Shown here one piece after another: positions 62,447 to 64,000 of a DNA stretch of 64,000 nt (positions within the stretch are counted from its first letter, which is position 1; each line of letters begins with the position of its first letter). The notes beneath the pieces are model-generated. The model made no database searches. It was not told the origin of the DNA and saw nothing but the letters and a program-made list of their open reading frames with translations. The stretch covers positions 497 to 64,496 of the forward strand of contig JBAZCP010000005.1 in the NCBI GenBank assembly GCA_041654875.1, written 5' to 3'. The DNA is from Candidatus Cloacimonadales bacterium (GTDB lineage Bacteria > Cloacimonadota > Cloacimonadia > Cloacimonadales > WRIO01). Made by a program: the position numbers and the translations under genes.

Positions 62447-64000
62447 ATGAAAAGAGTTTTGATTATTTTTATACTTGTGCTTATGTTATCAAGCCTAAAT
62501 GCAAGAACCATAAAAGTTGGTATATACGAAAATAAACCATTGGTTTATATTGACAGCAAAAAGCAGCCCGTTGGATTGTTTATTGATGTTTTGGAGTATG
62601 TTGCAAAAGAAGAAGATTGGACAATTGACTATGTTTATAGCTCTTGGTATGACTCTTTGGATTTATTAGAAAAAGGCTTAATTGATTTGTTGGTTGATAT
62701 TGCATATACTCCCAGCAGAGCTAAACTATATGAATTCAATGATGAGAATGTTTTTTTAAATTGGGGTGTTGTATATGTAAATAATCATGACATTAAAAGT
62801 ATCTTAGACCTAAACAGAATGAATATTGCAGGTGTAAAGGGTGATTTATACTACGAAGAATTTGTTAAATTGCTGACTATGTTTGATATTAACTGCAATT
62901 TCATACCTGTCAGTGAATACTCTGAATCATTAAAACTTGTAGAAGAAAACTTAGCAGATGCAGGTATAGTAAATCGTCTTTTTGGCTCCCAAAATCAAAA
63001 ATATTATAATATTATCAAATCAGATATAATATTTGAATCTTCAGAATTGCGTTATGCAGCTCCAAAGAATAAAAATAAAGATATATTACATATTATTGAC
63101 TCATATCTAATAAAGATGAAGAATGATAGTAATTCTTTATATTATAAAAGCCTTGAAAATCATATCTCTGGGACAAAACAGGCCAACTCTTTTTCGAACC
63201 ATTCATTAGAACTCGATATATCATTTCTAATTATTCTGACAATTAGTTTATGTGCTATTATTATTCTATTGATTTTACTTTATAGATCAAAAAAACTGCA
63301 TAAATTATTCCAAACATTGCCACTTGCTTTAAAAAAACAATACCCATATACATACATTCAGTATGATAAAAATTTTAAAATTATAAAATCAAACTCAACT
63401 ACTGAGCTTAACTCTTTTACAACAAGTAATAAGGAACCTCAGAATATCAAAGACTTTCTTGAAACAGATAATAGTTTAATTAATTTTGATCACGTAATAT
63501 ATAAGAACATAAAATTTAAAAACAAAAGCTTAATAGATAATCATTTTGCTATTATATTTAGAGATATGAAAAATAAAGCCTATTATGACATGTTTATTTT
63601 AGAAAACCTTTCAAGTGCAAAATTACTTAAAACATATCAACAAGAAAATCAGTATCTTGTTGATATATTGCAAAATCTACCAAACCCATATTTAATTTAT
63701 AATGAAAAAGGTGAGATCGTTAAAGCTAATAAAGCTTTACTGGATTTCAACAAAATATATGAAAACCATTCAACACTAAAAAACCTTTATGAGCTGTTCA
63801 ATCATGATATTATAAAAGAAATTAATGAACATTTCACAATGACTAATAACAGATTTACCAAGCAGACTGAATTAAATCTTACCAATACACAAAATGCTCT
63901 TGTGAATATTGAAGTAATAAAACTTGAACATACTAATAACGCATTTTTTATAATGTCAATATCAAAAGAAATACAAGCTGAATATGAGGTTACAAAGATA
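62447..64000 (+). CDS. Sensor protein, N-terminal part: periplasmic family-3 solute-binding domain + TM helix + PAS-like region; continues beyond the right edge
   Basis: Absent from the ORF track because it has no stop in-window. ATG at 62447 after AAAGGGGGG (own translation): MKRVLIIFILVLMLSSLNARTIKVGIYENKPLVY... TM helix ISFLIILTISLCAIIILLILLY. Then LPNPYLIYNEKGEIVKANKALLDF (PAS-like). Confidence 0.6.
   Translation, partial: MKRVLIIFILVLMLSSLNARTIKVGIYENKPLVYIDSKKQPVGLFIDVLEYVAKEEDWTIDYVYSSWYDSLDLLEKGLIDLLVDIAYTPSRAKLYEFNDENVFLNWGVVYVNNHDIKSILDLNRMNIAGVKGDLYYEEFVKLLTMFDINCNFIPVSEYSESLKLVEENLADAGIVNRLFGSQNQKYYNIIKSDIIFESSELRYAAPKNKNKDILHIIDSYLIKMKNDSNSLYYKSLENHISGTKQANSFSNHSLELDISFLIILTISLCAIIILLILLYRSKKLHKLFQTLPLALKKQYPYTYIQYDKNFKIIKSNSTTELNSFTTSNKEPQNIKDFLETDNSLINFDHVIYKNIKFKNKSLIDNHFAIIFRDMKNKAYYDMFILENLSSAKLLKTYQQENQYLVDILQNLPNPYLIYNEKGEIVKANKALLDFNKIYENHSTLKNLYELFNHDIIKEINEHFTMTNNRFTKQTELNLTNTQNALVNIEVIKLEHTNNAFFIMSISKEIQAEYEVTKI

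Overview
AT-rich (about 30-35% GC by eye), densely packed bacterial chromosome segment with no rRNA, CRISPR, transposase or integrase. All calls come from reading the ORF track and the DNA by eye; no database search or folding program was run.

Gene content:
- Left end to about 7.6 kb (minus strand): a gingipain-like C25 peptidase that runs off the window edge, a methyltransferase, an M42 peptidase and a GldA/F/G-like ABC transporter with a DUF4340 gene.
- 8.4-21.7 kb: a four-domain CoA-disulfide-reductase/rhodanese/TusA/DsrE fusion, DUF1015, rimO, Fic, tRNA-Asn, an ArsC-family gene, pepA, fdhD, a REC plus REC-PAS-DHp pair, ansA and dapA.
- 21.7-38.2 kb (minus strand): a flagellar block in the Borrelia/Bacillus-type order fliJ-flbB/ylxF-fliK-flgD-TIGR02530-flgE | flbD-motA-motB-fliL-fliM-fliN/Y-fliO-fliP-fliQ-fliR.
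- 38.6-49 kb: housekeeping genes trmB, dgt-like, prfB (with its +1 frameshift), uppS, cdsA, an MltD-like lipoprotein, rimI, nadB, tmk and ctp.
- 49-64 kb: a PPi-type phosphofructokinase, a T9SS-tailed secreted protein, a SiaABC-like partner-switching operon, waaA, an AmmeMemoRadiSam-type radical SAM enzyme, a NusG-II protein, cls and a partial SBP-PAS sensor.

Most unusual observations:
1. A three-copy intergenic element (about 8.05-8.14 kb, 38.34-38.43 kb and 52.53-52.62 kb) has a conserved 42-nt palindromic core next to 11-bp tandem repeats whose sequence differs between copies. It matches no feature class I recognise.
2. The hook genes are outsized. FliK is about 1498 aa with a near-identical internal duplication. 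FlgE is 901 aa with repeated IN-motif-like modules and a Cys-Asn/Lys arrangement reminiscent of spirochaete lysinoalanine crosslinking.
3. The flagellar block appears split between a textbook sigma54 promoter before fliJ and a terminator plus sigma28-like promoter after flgE.
4. A Sia-like PP2C/kinase/DUF1987 module is translationally coupled to a PAS-DHp protein that lacks an ATPase domain. That protein has a REC-containing paralog elsewhere in the window.
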